A DNA stretch of 64,000 nt from an uncultured Spirochaetales bacterium (GCA_964415795.1 CAYQBN010000001.1:212164-276163), one strand, 5' to 3'; shown: positions 8,982-17,919, counted from the stretch's first letter. Translations and numbers: made by a program. The notes: generated from the sequence alone by a model not told the origin.

Positions 8982-10128
8982 CGGGTACCAGAGCGATGAG
9001 AGAATCCTTTTCAACGGTAATGGTACGTCCGCGCCACCGGACACGGCGGGTCACAAAGGGAGAAAGGTAGATGATGAACGAAAGGATATCCTTGACCACC
9101 ACGACCATCGGAAAAACGAGCAGTGTCCGCCACGACGGCCGTTCGTTGGGCTGAGAGAGCGCGTTGATATATTCGAGCACCATCTTGACGACCGTCGCGG
9201 TCACCAAAAGGAGCATCCCGCTCTTGCCGAGAAAAGGCACAGACACCAGCGACCACACGATCGGGTGCATGAGCACTTCCGAGAGATACAGTTTCGGTTT
9301 TATCTGAAACCGCATCACCGCCCAGCGGCTCATCCGATCGTAGAAGGAACGGAGCGAACTGTCGCGGTTCACGTTCTCGGCGGGAGTGAAGTTGGTCGAG
9401 ACCCGGAGATTCTTCTTCCGGAAGAGAAGCCCCATCATGTAATCCTCGGCAAGATAAGGCTCAAAGGGACGAAACCCGCCGAAGTGTTTCTCGAGCGCTT
9501 CCCGCTCGATGAGCAGTGACTTGCCGATGACGATCGGTATGCGGAACAGGCGCCACGCGGCGATGAGATTGCCGGTGATGTAGTAGTTGAGATAGGCGTT
9601 CTCGACGAGTGCGCCGAAGGTGCGCGCGCCAGTCGCCGTGATAGGACAGAACACTAGTTTAGTGCCATTGAGAAGGTACTCCTCCACAAGACGCGAAAGC
9701 GTATCGGGAGACACCCTTACATTGGCATCAGCTATCCAGTAGAGGTCTCCCGTCGCGTGCCGTTCCATCTTGGCGAGGTTATCTACCTTCGGATTGAGCG
9801 GCTTATCGGTGCCGGTAACGAGGATGAGCGTGCGAATGTGCGGATACCGCACCGCGACTTCGCGGATGACCGGCACCGCCGGATCGTTCTCGGTCTCGAC
9901 GGCGAAGAGGACCTCGAAGTTCGGGTAATCGCTTCTGTAGAACGACTCGATGTTCTCGGCGAACGGGCCATCGGCGTTCTTCACCGGTTTGAGGATCGAC
10001 ACTCGCGGCAGACGGTCATCTTTCAACCGTTCCTTCTTTTCTAACGAGCGCACGCTACGCGGTCCCACCGCATAGAAAGAGAGAAGAACGAACGGCGCGA
10101 ACACTACGATCATCCAAAAAAGGAGCAT
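8956..10128 (-). CDS. Glycosyltransferase family 21 (ceramide glucosyltransferase/HpnI-like)
   Basis: N-terminal TM, VSILKPV, NPKVDNL, ADANV, GKSLLI, LAEDY, RMSRW, C-terminal TMs. Start ATG 10128 with GAGGAGG RBS. Confidence 0.8.
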   Translation of the reverse strand: MLLFWMIVVFAPFVLLSFYAVGPRSVRSLEKKERLKDDRLPRVSILKPVKNADGPFAENIESFYRSDYPNFEVLFAVETENDPAVPVIREVAVRYPHIRTLILVTGTDKPLNPKVDNLAKMERHATGDLYWIADANVRVSPDTLSRLVEEYLLNGTKLVFCPITATGARTFGALVENAYLNYYITGNLIAAWRLFRIPIVIGKSLLIEREALEKHFGGFRPFEPYLAEDYMMGLLFRKKNLRVSTNFTPAENVNRDSSLRSFYDRMSRWAVMRFQIKPKLYLSEVLMHPIVWSLVSVPFLGKSGMLLLVTATVVKMVLEYINALSQPNERPSWRTLLVFPMVVVVKDILSFIIYLSPFVTRRVRWRGRTITVEKDSLIALVPDGGLEYEN

Positions 10129-10169
10129 TGAAACCTCCTCATACCATTTCACATCACGCCGGATTCGCT

Positions 10170-10207
10170 ATCAGAAGCGCATGAAAGAATGATGAGCGCC
10201 CGGTGTG
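10170..10207 (-). promoter_or_regulatory. Pho-box-like 11-bp repeats x4 (CACAC/CTCAT/TTCAT/CTGAT)
   Basis: Four units at exact 11-bp spacing (10203, 10192, 10181, 10170) facing the lipid operon. Confidence 0.6.
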
Positions 10208-10250
10208 TTTTACGCTAAGACGAGGCGCATTGCCTTTTTTTGACCCAATA

Positions 10251-10277
10251 CACACCGTTCGCTAACCGTTTCTTAAT
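10251..10277 (+). promoter_or_regulatory. Pho-box-like 11-bp repeats (CACAC/CTAAC/TTAAT)
   Basis: CACACCGTTCG CTAACCGTTTC TTAAT upstream of the porin-phoB operon; nearly identical to the pstC-proximal unit CTAACCGTTCG. Confidence 0.65.
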
Positions 10278-10350
10278 GTTTGGCCGCTCAAAATCCTCAC
10301 TGTTTTATGACCGTTTTCTGATAACCGATTGACTAAAAACGGAGGAAAAG

Positions 10351-11736
10351 ATGAATGAAACGCTAACGCGATTGTTGGGAACGGGGCTTCTGCTCGGCGC
10401 TCTTGCCTTGGGAGCACAGGAAACGACATCGCCGGAGGACCAAAAAGCGGATGGCACAGCGGTCTCCAGCGAATCTGCACCCGCCACTGAGCCGGCCAAG
10501 GAAGATCCTGACTCCGCCTCTGTTCCCACCGGGGCAATCCCAGTCGATGTGAAAAAGGAACCCGACTCTGCCTCTGGCTCCGCCGGGGTAAAGAAAGAGG
10601 AACCTTCGGTGCCCGACTGGGTGAAGAATCTCAAATTCAAGGGCGACTTCCGGTTCCGGTATCAGTACCAGAACTTCGAGGACGCGGTGAAGGACGATAC
10701 GCTCGAGCGCAATCGTCTCCGCTACCGGGCACGGCTCGGGCTCGACGCGAAGATCAACGACTGGGCGAAGGTCAACTTCGGTCTCGCGTCGGGATCTTAT
10801 GAAAGCAAGATAACGCCCGACCAACTGGCGTCAGGAAAGGACATCAAGGCGTCGCTCGGGCAGGATCTCCGCTCGACCAACCAGACCTTCGACGACTTCT
10901 TCAGCCATAAGCCGGTCTGGATAGACTACGCCTACGCCGAGTTCATGCCGTGGTCGTGGCTGACGCTTTCGGGCGGCAAGATGAAGAATCCCTTCCATAC
11001 CGCCTCGGAACTCATCTGGGACGGCGACATCACGCCGGAGGGCGCGGCGCTCCAGTTCAAGTATGCGGTGATCGACGAACTGTCGCTTCTCGCCAACGCC
11101 GGTATCTTCATCCTCGACGAGGTAAAATCGCTCACCGATCCGATGATGGCGGTCGTGCAGGCGGGCGCGGTGCTCAAGGTTGGTGACTTCGACGCCACCG
11201 CGACCCTTTCCTTCTACGATCCAATGAACCTCATGAACGCCGAGACGAACACGAGCGAAGGATCGAAGATGCGCGACTATGTCTCTCAAGGGTACTATTG
11301 GAAGAATCTCGCCGCGGCGCTCGACGCTTCCTACACCATTAAAGATAAGTATCAGATAGGGCTCATGGGCGAACTCACGGCGAACCTCTACGACCTCAAC
11401 AAAGATGCGCTCGGTGCGAAGGCCAACGATACGGTCGCCTTCTTCGTAGGCATCAAGGGCGGCACCAAGGCACTCAAGGACCTCGGCGACTTCCAGAGTT
11501 CGCTCTCCTACCGACAACTGGGCATCGCATCGTGGATACCGTTCCTCATTGAGTCTGATCCCTTTGACGGCAATGTGAACGCCGAGGGCATCAAGTTCGA
11601 TGTGAAAGCGGGGCTCTACAAGAACTTCTCGTTCGCCGCGACGCTCAACTACTTCTGGACGCTCGACAAGAAGTTCAACTCCGACAAGCGCAACCGTGAT
11701 CTTCTGCTCCAACTCGATCTCAACTACAAGTTCTGA
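10351..11736 (+). CDS. Putative outer-membrane porin
   Basis: Signal peptide, low-complexity linker, LKFKGDFRFRYQ...RLRYRARLG...IWIDYAY-like pattern, C-terminal LQLDLNYKF. Confidence 0.75.
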   Translation: MNETLTRLLGTGLLLGALALGAQETTSPEDQKADGTAVSSESAPATEPAKEDPDSASVPTGAIPVDVKKEPDSASGSAGVKKEEPSVPDWVKNLKFKGDFRFRYQYQNFEDAVKDDTLERNRLRYRARLGLDAKINDWAKVNFGLASGSYESKITPDQLASGKDIKASLGQDLRSTNQTFDDFFSHKPVWIDYAYAEFMPWSWLTLSGGKMKNPFHTASELIWDGDITPEGAALQFKYAVIDELSLLANAGIFILDEVKSLTDPMMAVVQAGAVLKVGDFDATATLSFYDPMNLMNAETNTSEGSKMRDYVSQGYYWKNLAAALDASYTIKDKYQIGLMGELTANLYDLNKDALGAKANDTVAFFVGIKGGTKALKDLGDFQSSLSYRQLGIASWIPFLIESDPFDGNVNAEGIKFDVKAGLYKNFSFAATLNYFWTLDKKFNSDKRNRDLLLQLDLNYKF

Positions 11737-11740
11737 TCCC

Positions 11741-11778
11741 TTAACCGAAAATTGACCAAGTCCTGGATTCTTCCTAAC
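11741..11778 (+). promoter_or_regulatory. Pho-box-like repeats upstream of phoB (TTAAC/TTGAC/CTGGA/CTAAC)
   Basis: Units at 11741, 11752, (11763 degenerate) and 11774; consistent with autoregulation. Confidence 0.6.
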
Positions 11779-11826
11779 ACTTCCTCTATACTTTTCGTAT
11801 GGTAAGCAAACCTTTGGGAGGTGCCC

Positions 11827-12522
11827 ATGGCTCGCGAACGAATCCTTGTGGTGGACGATGAGCAGGACATTCTCGAACTCATCCGCTACAACCTGTCGCG
11901 GGAAGGCTATCAGATCGAAACGGTGACCACCGGTGAAGAGGCGATAAAGGTCGCCCGCGATCGTCATCCCGACCTCATCATCCTCGATCTCATGCTCCCC
12001 GGCATAGACGGCCTCGATGTCTGCCGCCTGCTCAAAGGCGAGACGCGCACGAGCGACATCCCCATCATCATGCTCACCGCGAAAGGGGAAGAGAGCGATG
12101 TCGTCGCCGGTCTGGAGCTCGGCGCCGAGGACTATATGACCAAGCCATTCAGCCCTAAGGTGCTCATCGCACGGGTCCGCAACATCCTGCGGCGCAAGAC
12201 ACGGAGCGCCGAGGAGAAGGAGGTCAAGATCATCGTCATCGAGAACATGAAGATAGACCCCTCGAAGCATAAGGTCACCATCGGGAAAGAAGACATAGAC
12301 CTCACCGCGACCGAATTTTCCCTGCTTCTCTTCCTCGCCAAGCGGCCCGGCTGGGTCTTCACGCGCAGTCAAATAATCACCGGCGTCAAGGGCGATGACT
12401 ATCCGGTGACCGACCGCTCGGTCGATGTCCAGATACTCAATCTGCGCAAGAAACTGGGCAAGATGGGCGACTACATCGAGACGGTGCGCGGCGTCGGCTA
12501 CCGGTTCAAAGAGTTGACCTGA
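11827..12522 (+). CDS. phoB: OmpR/PhoB-family response regulator
   Basis: VVDDE, LDLMLPGIDG, MLTAKGEE, GAEDYMTKPF, winged helix RSVDVQI...IETVRGVGY; pst/phoU/phoR context. Confidence 0.85.
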   Translation: MARERILVVDDEQDILELIRYNLSREGYQIETVTTGEEAIKVARDRHPDLIILDLMLPGIDGLDVCRLLKGETRTSDIPIIMLTAKGEESDVVAGLELGAEDYMTKPFSPKVLIARVRNILRRKTRSAEEKEVKIIVIENMKIDPSKHKVTIGKEDIDLTATEFSLLLFLAKRPGWVFTRSQIITGVKGDDYPVTDRSVDVQILNLRKKLGKMGDYIETVRGVGYRFKELT

Positions 12523-12694
12523 TCCTTTTAAAGCAACACCAGAGAACGCGATCGCGCGGCGAACAACCTACGCCAAGGAGTGCACGGTGCGAGAGGACGA
12601 ACGCCGGACACATACCGGCCTGCTCGTGTCCCGCCTGCGGCGTGAACTTAAGCCAGACGATGTCGTCCCGCTGAGGAACATACTTCGTTACCAT
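12506..12694 (-). pseudogene. mazF: Truncated MazF/PemK toxin
   Basis: MVTKYVPQRDDIVWLKFTPQAGHEQAG..PAFVLS matches the MazF N-terminus; similarity is lost after about 36 codons and the frame runs into the phoB 3' end. Confidence 0.8.
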
Positions 12695-12920
12695 GCCTTT
12701 TTACCCCGCGTCGGACCGGTGCTTATCTCCGCGTGAAGGTTTCGGGTGTGATGCAGGCGAGCATCTCGTCGAGCGTCGCTTCGCCGGATGGCTCTACGAT
12801 GAGACGGTTCTTCTCGATCTTGACCTTGACCATACTTCCTTCATTCAGCCGGAGCGCTTCAGTAAAGACCTTCGGCAGTCTCAACGCGAAACTGTTGCCC
12901 CAACGCATGATTCGTAGCAT
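12688..12920 (-). pseudogene. mazE: MazE/AbrB antitoxin with a 1-nt deletion
   Basis: RWGNSFALRLPK...LDEMLACITPE. Adding one A to the run at 12740-12742 restores NLHAEISTGPTRGKKAW* whose stop overlaps the mazF ATG. Confidence 0.8.
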
Positions 12921-12993
12921 GACGCACATCCCCCTGCTCTACAATGTATATACGTCAAGCAGGTGCGGGGAAATATTTTTCAATAACAAGCGG

Positions 12994-14400
12994 TTAGTGC
13001 GTCGGCGCGGGTTCACCCGCCTGCAGGTCGGCGAGCCGATCGGCGTATTCCTTCTTGAGCGCGGCGACCTTCTCGATCGCCTTCTCGTATTCCTCGGCGA
13101 AGGCGACCCATTTCTGTTCGTAGCCTTTCTTTATCTCAGCGATCTTTCGGTCATAAACCGTCTCGTACTCCTTCTTCACGGAGGCGAGTCGGGCGAGCGC
13201 TGCGTCGTATTCCTCTTTCCACTGGGCGATGCGGTTCTCGATGAGCGTCTTCCGTTCACCGATGGCGGCGGCAAGCCGTTCCCTGAACTTGGCGAACTCA
13301 TCCTGATAGAGGGTCACCATGGCCATCTCGTACTGATCCTTGAGCTCAGCGACGAGTTCCCGTACTGGGACGATCTTCTCTATGCGCCACGCATTGCTTC
13401 CGCAGAAGGCGAACCCATCCTTCATCTCCCCTTTCCGTGCATTATTGAGCGCCTCGGAAATGCAGTACTGGGCCTCCCGCGCATTGCAAGACTCCAGACA
13501 GCGCCACGGGCAGCGGAAGTCTTTTCGCTCGCCACGTGCGACCTCGACAAGGAAATCGTTACGAATGGCACGACCCGGCATCCCAACGGGACTCTTGATA
13601 ATGATGATGTCTTCCGCGCGACAGGAGACATAGGCCTCCTTGAACCGACGGTCCGCGTCGCATTCGTCGGTAGCGACGAAGCGGGTCGCCATCTGGACCC
13701 CCGCCGCGCCGAGGCGGAGGATGCGCTGAATGTCGTCGCCGGTATAGATGCCGCCGCCCGCTATGACCGGAACGGGGCGTTCGAACCGTTCCGCGAACTC
13801 CTTCACCGCAGCGATCACCTCGGGAAGTATCCTCTCCAGCGCGTATGCCGGATCGTCTATCTGTTCTATCTTGAAGCCAAGATGACCGCCTGCCTTAGGA
13901 CCTTCGACCACAACGGCATCGGGTATATCGCGGTAGTGCTTCTCCCATGAACGGAAGATGAGGTTCGCAGCACGTCCCGACGAGACGATGGGAACCACCT
14001 TGACCTTCGCGGCGCGCAACGCGGCGACCGGAATATCCTTTATCGGTAGACCGGCGCCGAGGAAGACGACATCGGGTCGCTCCTCGACGATGACGCGAAG
14101 CATATCCTGAAAGTCGTTGACCGCCACCATCAAGTTGACACCGATGATACCTTGGGAACGCTTTCGCGCCGCTCGTATCTCGCGTCGTAGAGCGCGAATG
14201 TTCGCCTCGCGTCCGTTCTCACGATAGTCGGGCTCCATGAGGCCAATGGCATTCGCGGCGATGACGCCGATGCCACCTTCATTGGCGACGGCGGAGGCGA
14301 GGCCGGAGAGCGATATGCCGACCCCCATGCCGCCCTGAACGATGGGAAGCGTCGCGGTCGAATCACCGATGGTCAGCGTGGGCATCGAGAAAAAGCGCAT
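12994..14400 (-). CDS. Nitronate monooxygenase-family (NMO/FabK-like) flavoprotein with a C-terminal coiled-coil tail
   Basis: PIVQGGMGVG, GAGLP, VEGPKAGGHLG, PVIAGGGI, GVQMATRF, SPVGMPGRAI. Start ATG 14400 with AGGAG RBS. Confidence 0.85.
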   Translation of the reverse strand: MRFFSMPTLTIGDSTATLPIVQGGMGVGISLSGLASAVANEGGIGVIAANAIGLMEPDYRENGREANIRALRREIRAARKRSQGIIGVNLMVAVNDFQDMLRVIVEERPDVVFLGAGLPIKDIPVAALRAAKVKVVPIVSSGRAANLIFRSWEKHYRDIPDAVVVEGPKAGGHLGFKIEQIDDPAYALERILPEVIAAVKEFAERFERPVPVIAGGGIYTGDDIQRILRLGAAGVQMATRFVATDECDADRRFKEAYVSCRAEDIIIIKSPVGMPGRAIRNDFLVEVARGERKDFRCPWRCLESCNAREAQYCISEALNNARKGEMKDGFAFCGSNAWRIEKIVPVRELVAELKDQYEMAMVTLYQDEFAKFRERLAAAIGERKTLIENRIAQWKEEYDAALARLASVKKEYETVYDRKIAEIKKGYEQKWVAFAEEYEKAIEKVAALKKEYADRLADLQAGEPAPTH

Positions 14401-14488
14401 GAGAGACTCCTGAAGACTGATTGGTAAGGAACACCTTAGTAAGTATGGCGTGATATGCAATAAAATCGGAACGATTTCCTGACCCGGT

Positions 14489-15721
14489 CTATTCGGTTGG
14501 TTTCTTTTCCGGAGTCGGCGTCGCTTCGGGAGCCGGTTGTGATGCCGGTTCGGCGACGGGTTCTTCGGCCGGCTTTTCTTCTGTGGCTGGCGCCTCGGCC
14601 GGCTTCGCCTCGGGTGCTGGGGCGGGCGCTTCGGCCGGTTTCGTCTCTGGTGCCGGCGCAGGCGCTTCAGCCGGCTTCGTCTCGGGAGCGGGCGGATTCT
14701 CGGGCACCTCCTTCTCGAACGAGTAGCGGAACGAGACAAGCAGGTTGTTCTGTATCTGCCACTCCTCGCTCACCTGCGTCTGGCGTACGACCGAAAGGCG
14801 GTAGCCGACCGAAAGCCACGGCGCCACCTCGACCCCGAGGTTCGCACCGAAGGTGTAGTTGGTCAGGTCGCCTGCGCTCCGTTTCTGCGGGTCGTCATAG
14901 ACGAACGGCACGAGGATATCGGCGGTCGCGCCGTAGGTGATGGGTGCCTTCAGCGTGTAGGTCCCGCCGAGCATCGCGGCGAAGGCGGCGCCGAGCTGGT
15001 TGAAGCTCTCCACCTGCGTGAGCGGTATCCGTCCGGTCGCCGCATCCTTAGCGCCGGCGATGTAGACCTCGTCGGCGACGACATGGAGACCGCCGAGACC
15101 GGCGCGCAATTCGATCTTGAGCCAGTCGCGCGTGAGCGGCTTCACAAACAGACCGACCGATTCCGACATCTTGATGGGGTCGAACGAGCCTGATATCTTG
15201 AGTTTGTCGAACGGGGCGACGGTGGTGCCGTCGGGAAAGATGTAGTATTCGGGACGCAGGGTGTTGAGGAAGCCGTCGAAGAGCTGAGTCTCGAAGTGGA
15301 ACCGCGCAAAGGGGCCCCAGAGGTTTTCGTGGATGTTGTAGAGGTAGATCGCGTCGAACGCCAGTTTATCGGCGCTCTTTATCATCCGCTCGAGGTCGGG
15401 GGTGTAGCTGAACTGTTCGTCGACGAGTAGAGCGGTTCGCACTTCGTGGTTGAGTTTGTAGTACTCGAGCTTGGTGTCAAGATTGAGCCCGATGAGGAAC
15501 GAGGTGCCGGTCGTTTGGCCAACCACATCGCGGTTGTCGGTGAGCGAGAAGTTCACGCCGGTGCCGATCGCGAAGAAGAGCCGGTCGCCCTTCTTGGCGT
15601 CGGCGGTCGATGTCGGGACGGCGGTCGCTTCCTTGGCGGCGTCGGTCTCCTCCTCGGCCTGCGCCATGGCGGCGAGCAGAAGACCGCAACAGATGAACAG
15701 GACGACGAGATAACGCTTCAT
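14489..15721 (-). CDS. Outer-membrane beta-barrel protein (DUF3078-like) with Pro/Ala/Glu-rich C-terminal tail
   Basis: Signal peptide, alternating beta-strand pattern ending NNLLVSFRYSF, then a PAE-rich tail. Confidence 0.55.
   Translation of the reverse strand: MKRYLVVLFICCGLLLAAMAQAEEETDAAKEATAVPTSTADAKKGDRLFFAIGTGVNFSLTDNRDVVGQTTGTSFLIGLNLDTKLEYYKLNHEVRTALLVDEQFSYTPDLERMIKSADKLAFDAIYLYNIHENLWGPFARFHFETQLFDGFLNTLRPEYYIFPDGTTVAPFDKLKISGSFDPIKMSESVGLFVKPLTRDWLKIELRAGLGGLHVVADEVYIAGAKDAATGRIPLTQVESFNQLGAAFAAMLGGTYTLKAPITYGATADILVPFVYDDPQKRSAGDLTNYTFGANLGVEVAPWLSVGYRLSVVRQTQVSEEWQIQNNLLVSFRYSFEKEVPENPPAPETKPAEAPAPAPETKPAEAPAPAPEAKPAEAPATEEKPAEEPVAEPASQPAPEATPTPEKKPTE
14588..14693 (-). repeat. 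About 36-bp imperfect tandem repeat x3 encoding PETKPAEAPAPA
   Basis: Seen directly in DNA and protein. Confidence 0.85.
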
Positions 15722-15722
15722 G

Positions 15723-16112
15723 TCATGCCTCCTCTTTCTTTTTATTCGAAATGCCCGGGATCTTCACATCCGGCATCGTTGGCATCTTGAGTTCCTGCAG
15801 GCGCCGGAGCGAGTTGACCCCCTTGACCAGCAAAAAGACCGCCCATGCCACGATCATGAAATCGACGACGGTCTGGATGAAGCGGCCGTAGTTCAGCAGG
15901 ACCGGCGGCGCGCCGTTCTCCGCCGCCTTGAGTGTTATCGAGAGGTTGGTGAAGTCGGTGCCGCCGAGCAGAAGACCGATGGGCGGCATGATGACATCGT
16001 TGACAACCGAGGTGACGATCTTGCCGAAGGCAGTGCCGAGGACAACACCGACCGCCATGTCCACGACGTTGCCCTTCGAGGCGAATTCCTTGAACTCGTT
16101 GAGCATGCTCAT
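15723..16112 (-). CDS. mscL: Large-conductance mechanosensitive channel
   Basis: [44 protein letters not shown]...[12 protein letters not shown]. Confidence 0.95.
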   Translation of the reverse strand: MSMLNEFKEFASKGNVVDMAVGVVLGTAFGKIVTSVVNDVIMPPIGLLLGGTDFTNLSITLKAAENGAPPVLLNYGRFIQTVVDFMIVAWAVFLLVKGVNSLRRLQELKMPTMPDVKIPGISNKKKEEA

Positions 16113-16210
16113 GCGGGGGACCCTCCGTGAAAAGTTGATCAAGGGGCGGGAACGGCCAGAGGAGATCATACTCCCCCCAAAAAGGTAACTCAAAAAAAAG
16201 ATTGAGAAAA

Positions 16211-16238
16211 TTGACTCTTTTCCCTTGCTCCCTATCAT
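16211..16238 (+). promoter_or_regulatory. Sigma70-like promoter TTGACT-N16-TATCAT
   Basis: Lies 45 bp upstream of the DUF3332 gene. Confidence 0.45.
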
Positions 16239-16282
16239 GAAGATTTGTCCGTTCCGTCAGTGATGAACGAAAGGAGGTTTCC

Positions 16283-16771
16283 ATGAAGAAATCGCTCATG
16301 GCGCTCATGATGGCTGGCATCATGCTGTTCTCGTCGCTCTTTATGCAGAGTTGCTACGGCACCTACCCGCTTTTCAAGAAGGTGAACAAACTGGTCGGCG
16401 ACATAGACGGCCGCTGGGGTTCGACCGCCGTGCACATCATCTGCTGGGTGTTTCAGGTCTATTCGGTCGTTCTGTTCCTCGACCTCTTCATCCTCAACAC
16501 AGTGGAGTTCTGGACCGGCAGCGACCCGCTCGCGATGAAGGATGGCGAGAGCGAGACGCAGGTGGTCGAGTATCTCGGCGACCTCTATCGGATAACAGCC
16601 ACCAAGAACCGTTTCGATGTCTACTGCATCGAGGGTTCGCGCAAGGGCGAGAGCGCATCGCTCGTGTGGGACTCCGACCGGCGCATCTGGCGCGGCGAGA
16701 ACGGCGATGTGGTGCGCGAACTCGTCAAGGTCAACGAGGACGGCTCCTTCGTCGCGCTCGTGACCGAGTAA
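16283..16771 (+). CDS. DUF3332-family lipoprotein
   Basis: SCYGTYPL...FLDLFILNTVEFWTGSDPLAM pattern; AGGAGG RBS. Confidence 0.75.
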   Translation: MKKSLMALMMAGIMLFSSLFMQSCYGTYPLFKKVNKLVGDIDGRWGSTAVHIICWVFQVYSVVLFLDLFILNTVEFWTGSDPLAMKDGESETQVVEYLGDLYRITATKNRFDVYCIEGSRKGESASLVWDSDRRIWRGENGDVVRELVKVNEDGSFVALVTE

Positions 16772-16786
16772 GGATACCGGATTCCC

Positions 16787-17815
16787 CTACTTCCACACCG
16801 GCTGGCCGGCTGCCTTAAGTTCCTTCTTCCACGCCGCCTGCACGAGGTCTATGAGCGTCTTCGGCAGTGGGACATAGTCGAGTGCCTTGGCCGCCTTGTC
16901 GCCATTCTTCAGGCACCAATCGAAGAACTTGAGCATCGTCTGCGCCTTCGCGACATCGGGCATTTCCTTATAGATAAGGATGTAAGAAGCGCCGACGACC
17001 GGCCAGCTCTGGTCGCCCGGCTGGTCGGTGAGCACCATGTAGAAGCCCTTTGCGTTCGCCCAGTCGGCGTTCGCCGCGGCGCTCTGGAAGGTGTCGATGG
17101 AGGGGGCGACGAACTTGCCCGCCTTGTTCTTGAGTTTGGTGTAGGTCATCTTGTTCTTGAGGGCATAAGCATACTCGACATAGCCGATCGAGCCGCCGGT
17201 CTGCTTGACGAACGCGGCAACGCCCTCGTTGCCCTTGCCGCCGACACCGGTCGGCCAGTTGACCGCCTTCGCGTTACCGACCTTGCTTGCCCAGTCGGCG
17301 CTCACCTTGGTCAGGTAGTTGGTGAAGATCCAGGTAGTGCCGGAACCGTCGGAGCGGTGAACCACGACGATCTTCTGGTCGGGGAGCGCGACGCCCGGGT
17401 TTTCGGCCGCGATCTTCGGGTCGTTCCACTTCTGGATGTTCCCGAGGAAAATTTGTGCGAGCGTTTCGCCCGACAGTTGCAGTTTCCCCGCCTCGATACC
17501 CTTGAGGTTCACCACCGGCACGACGCCGCCGATGACCATCGGGAACTGAAAAAGTCCCGCCGCGTTGAGCTCCTCCTCCTTGAGCGGTTCATCGGATGCG
17601 CCGAAATCGACCGTTTTCGCCTTGATCTGCGCGATGCCACCGCCCGAGCCGATCGACTGGTAGTTGAGCTGCATGCCGGTGACCTTGTTGTAGTCGTAAG
17701 CCCACTGCGAGTAGATGGGGAACGGGAAACTCGCCCCTGCGCCGTTGATTGTCTCGCCCGCCGAAAGCATGGCGAACAAAAAGGTTGCGCCGAGTACCGT
17801 AAGTAACCTCTTCAT
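16787..17815 (-). CDS. pstS: Phosphate ABC transporter substrate-binding protein
   Basis: GAGASFPFP, NYQSIGSGGG, DFGASD, RSDGSGTT, GKGNEGVA, IGYVEYAY. Confidence 0.95.
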   Translation of the reverse strand: MKRLLTVLGATFLFAMLSAGETINGAGASFPFPIYSQWAYDYNKVTGMQLNYQSIGSGGGIAQIKAKTVDFGASDEPLKEEELNAAGLFQFPMVIGGVVPVVNLKGIEAGKLQLSGETLAQIFLGNIQKWNDPKIAAENPGVALPDQKIVVVHRSDGSGTTWIFTNYLTKVSADWASKVGNAKAVNWPTGVGGKGNEGVAAFVKQTGGSIGYVEYAYALKNKMTYTKLKNKAGKFVAPSIDTFQSAAANADWANAKGFYMVLTDQPGDQSWPVVGASYILIYKEMPDVAKAQTMLKFFDWCLKNGDKAAKALDYVPLPKTLIDLVQAAWKKELKAAGQPVWK

Positions 17816-17892
17816 AGTGTCCTCTCCTCGTTGTGTTATCAAAAACCCTCCGGCGCACCGGCGCCGGTCGGTGAGAGAAGTATGGCCGCTTT

Positions 17893-17919
17893 GTTAAGAA
17901 ACGGTGAAGGTAGTATGAG
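17893..17919 (-). promoter_or_regulatory. Pho-box-like repeats facing pstS (CTCAT/TTCAC/TTAAC)
   Basis: Minus strand CTCATACTACC TTCACCGTTTC TTAAC, 11-bp period. Confidence 0.7.

Noticed and set aside
10307-10337. Additional TGACC/TAACC half-sites close to the porin start
   Set aside because: Spacing is 14 and 12 bp, out of phase with the 11-bp period.
12994-14739. 581-aa extended NMO ORF, and similar 5' extensions of 6917-8005, 15723-16238 and 57879-59390
   Set aside because: The extensions overlap upstream genes or leaders; downstream ATGs have proper RBS or coupling and match family N-termini.
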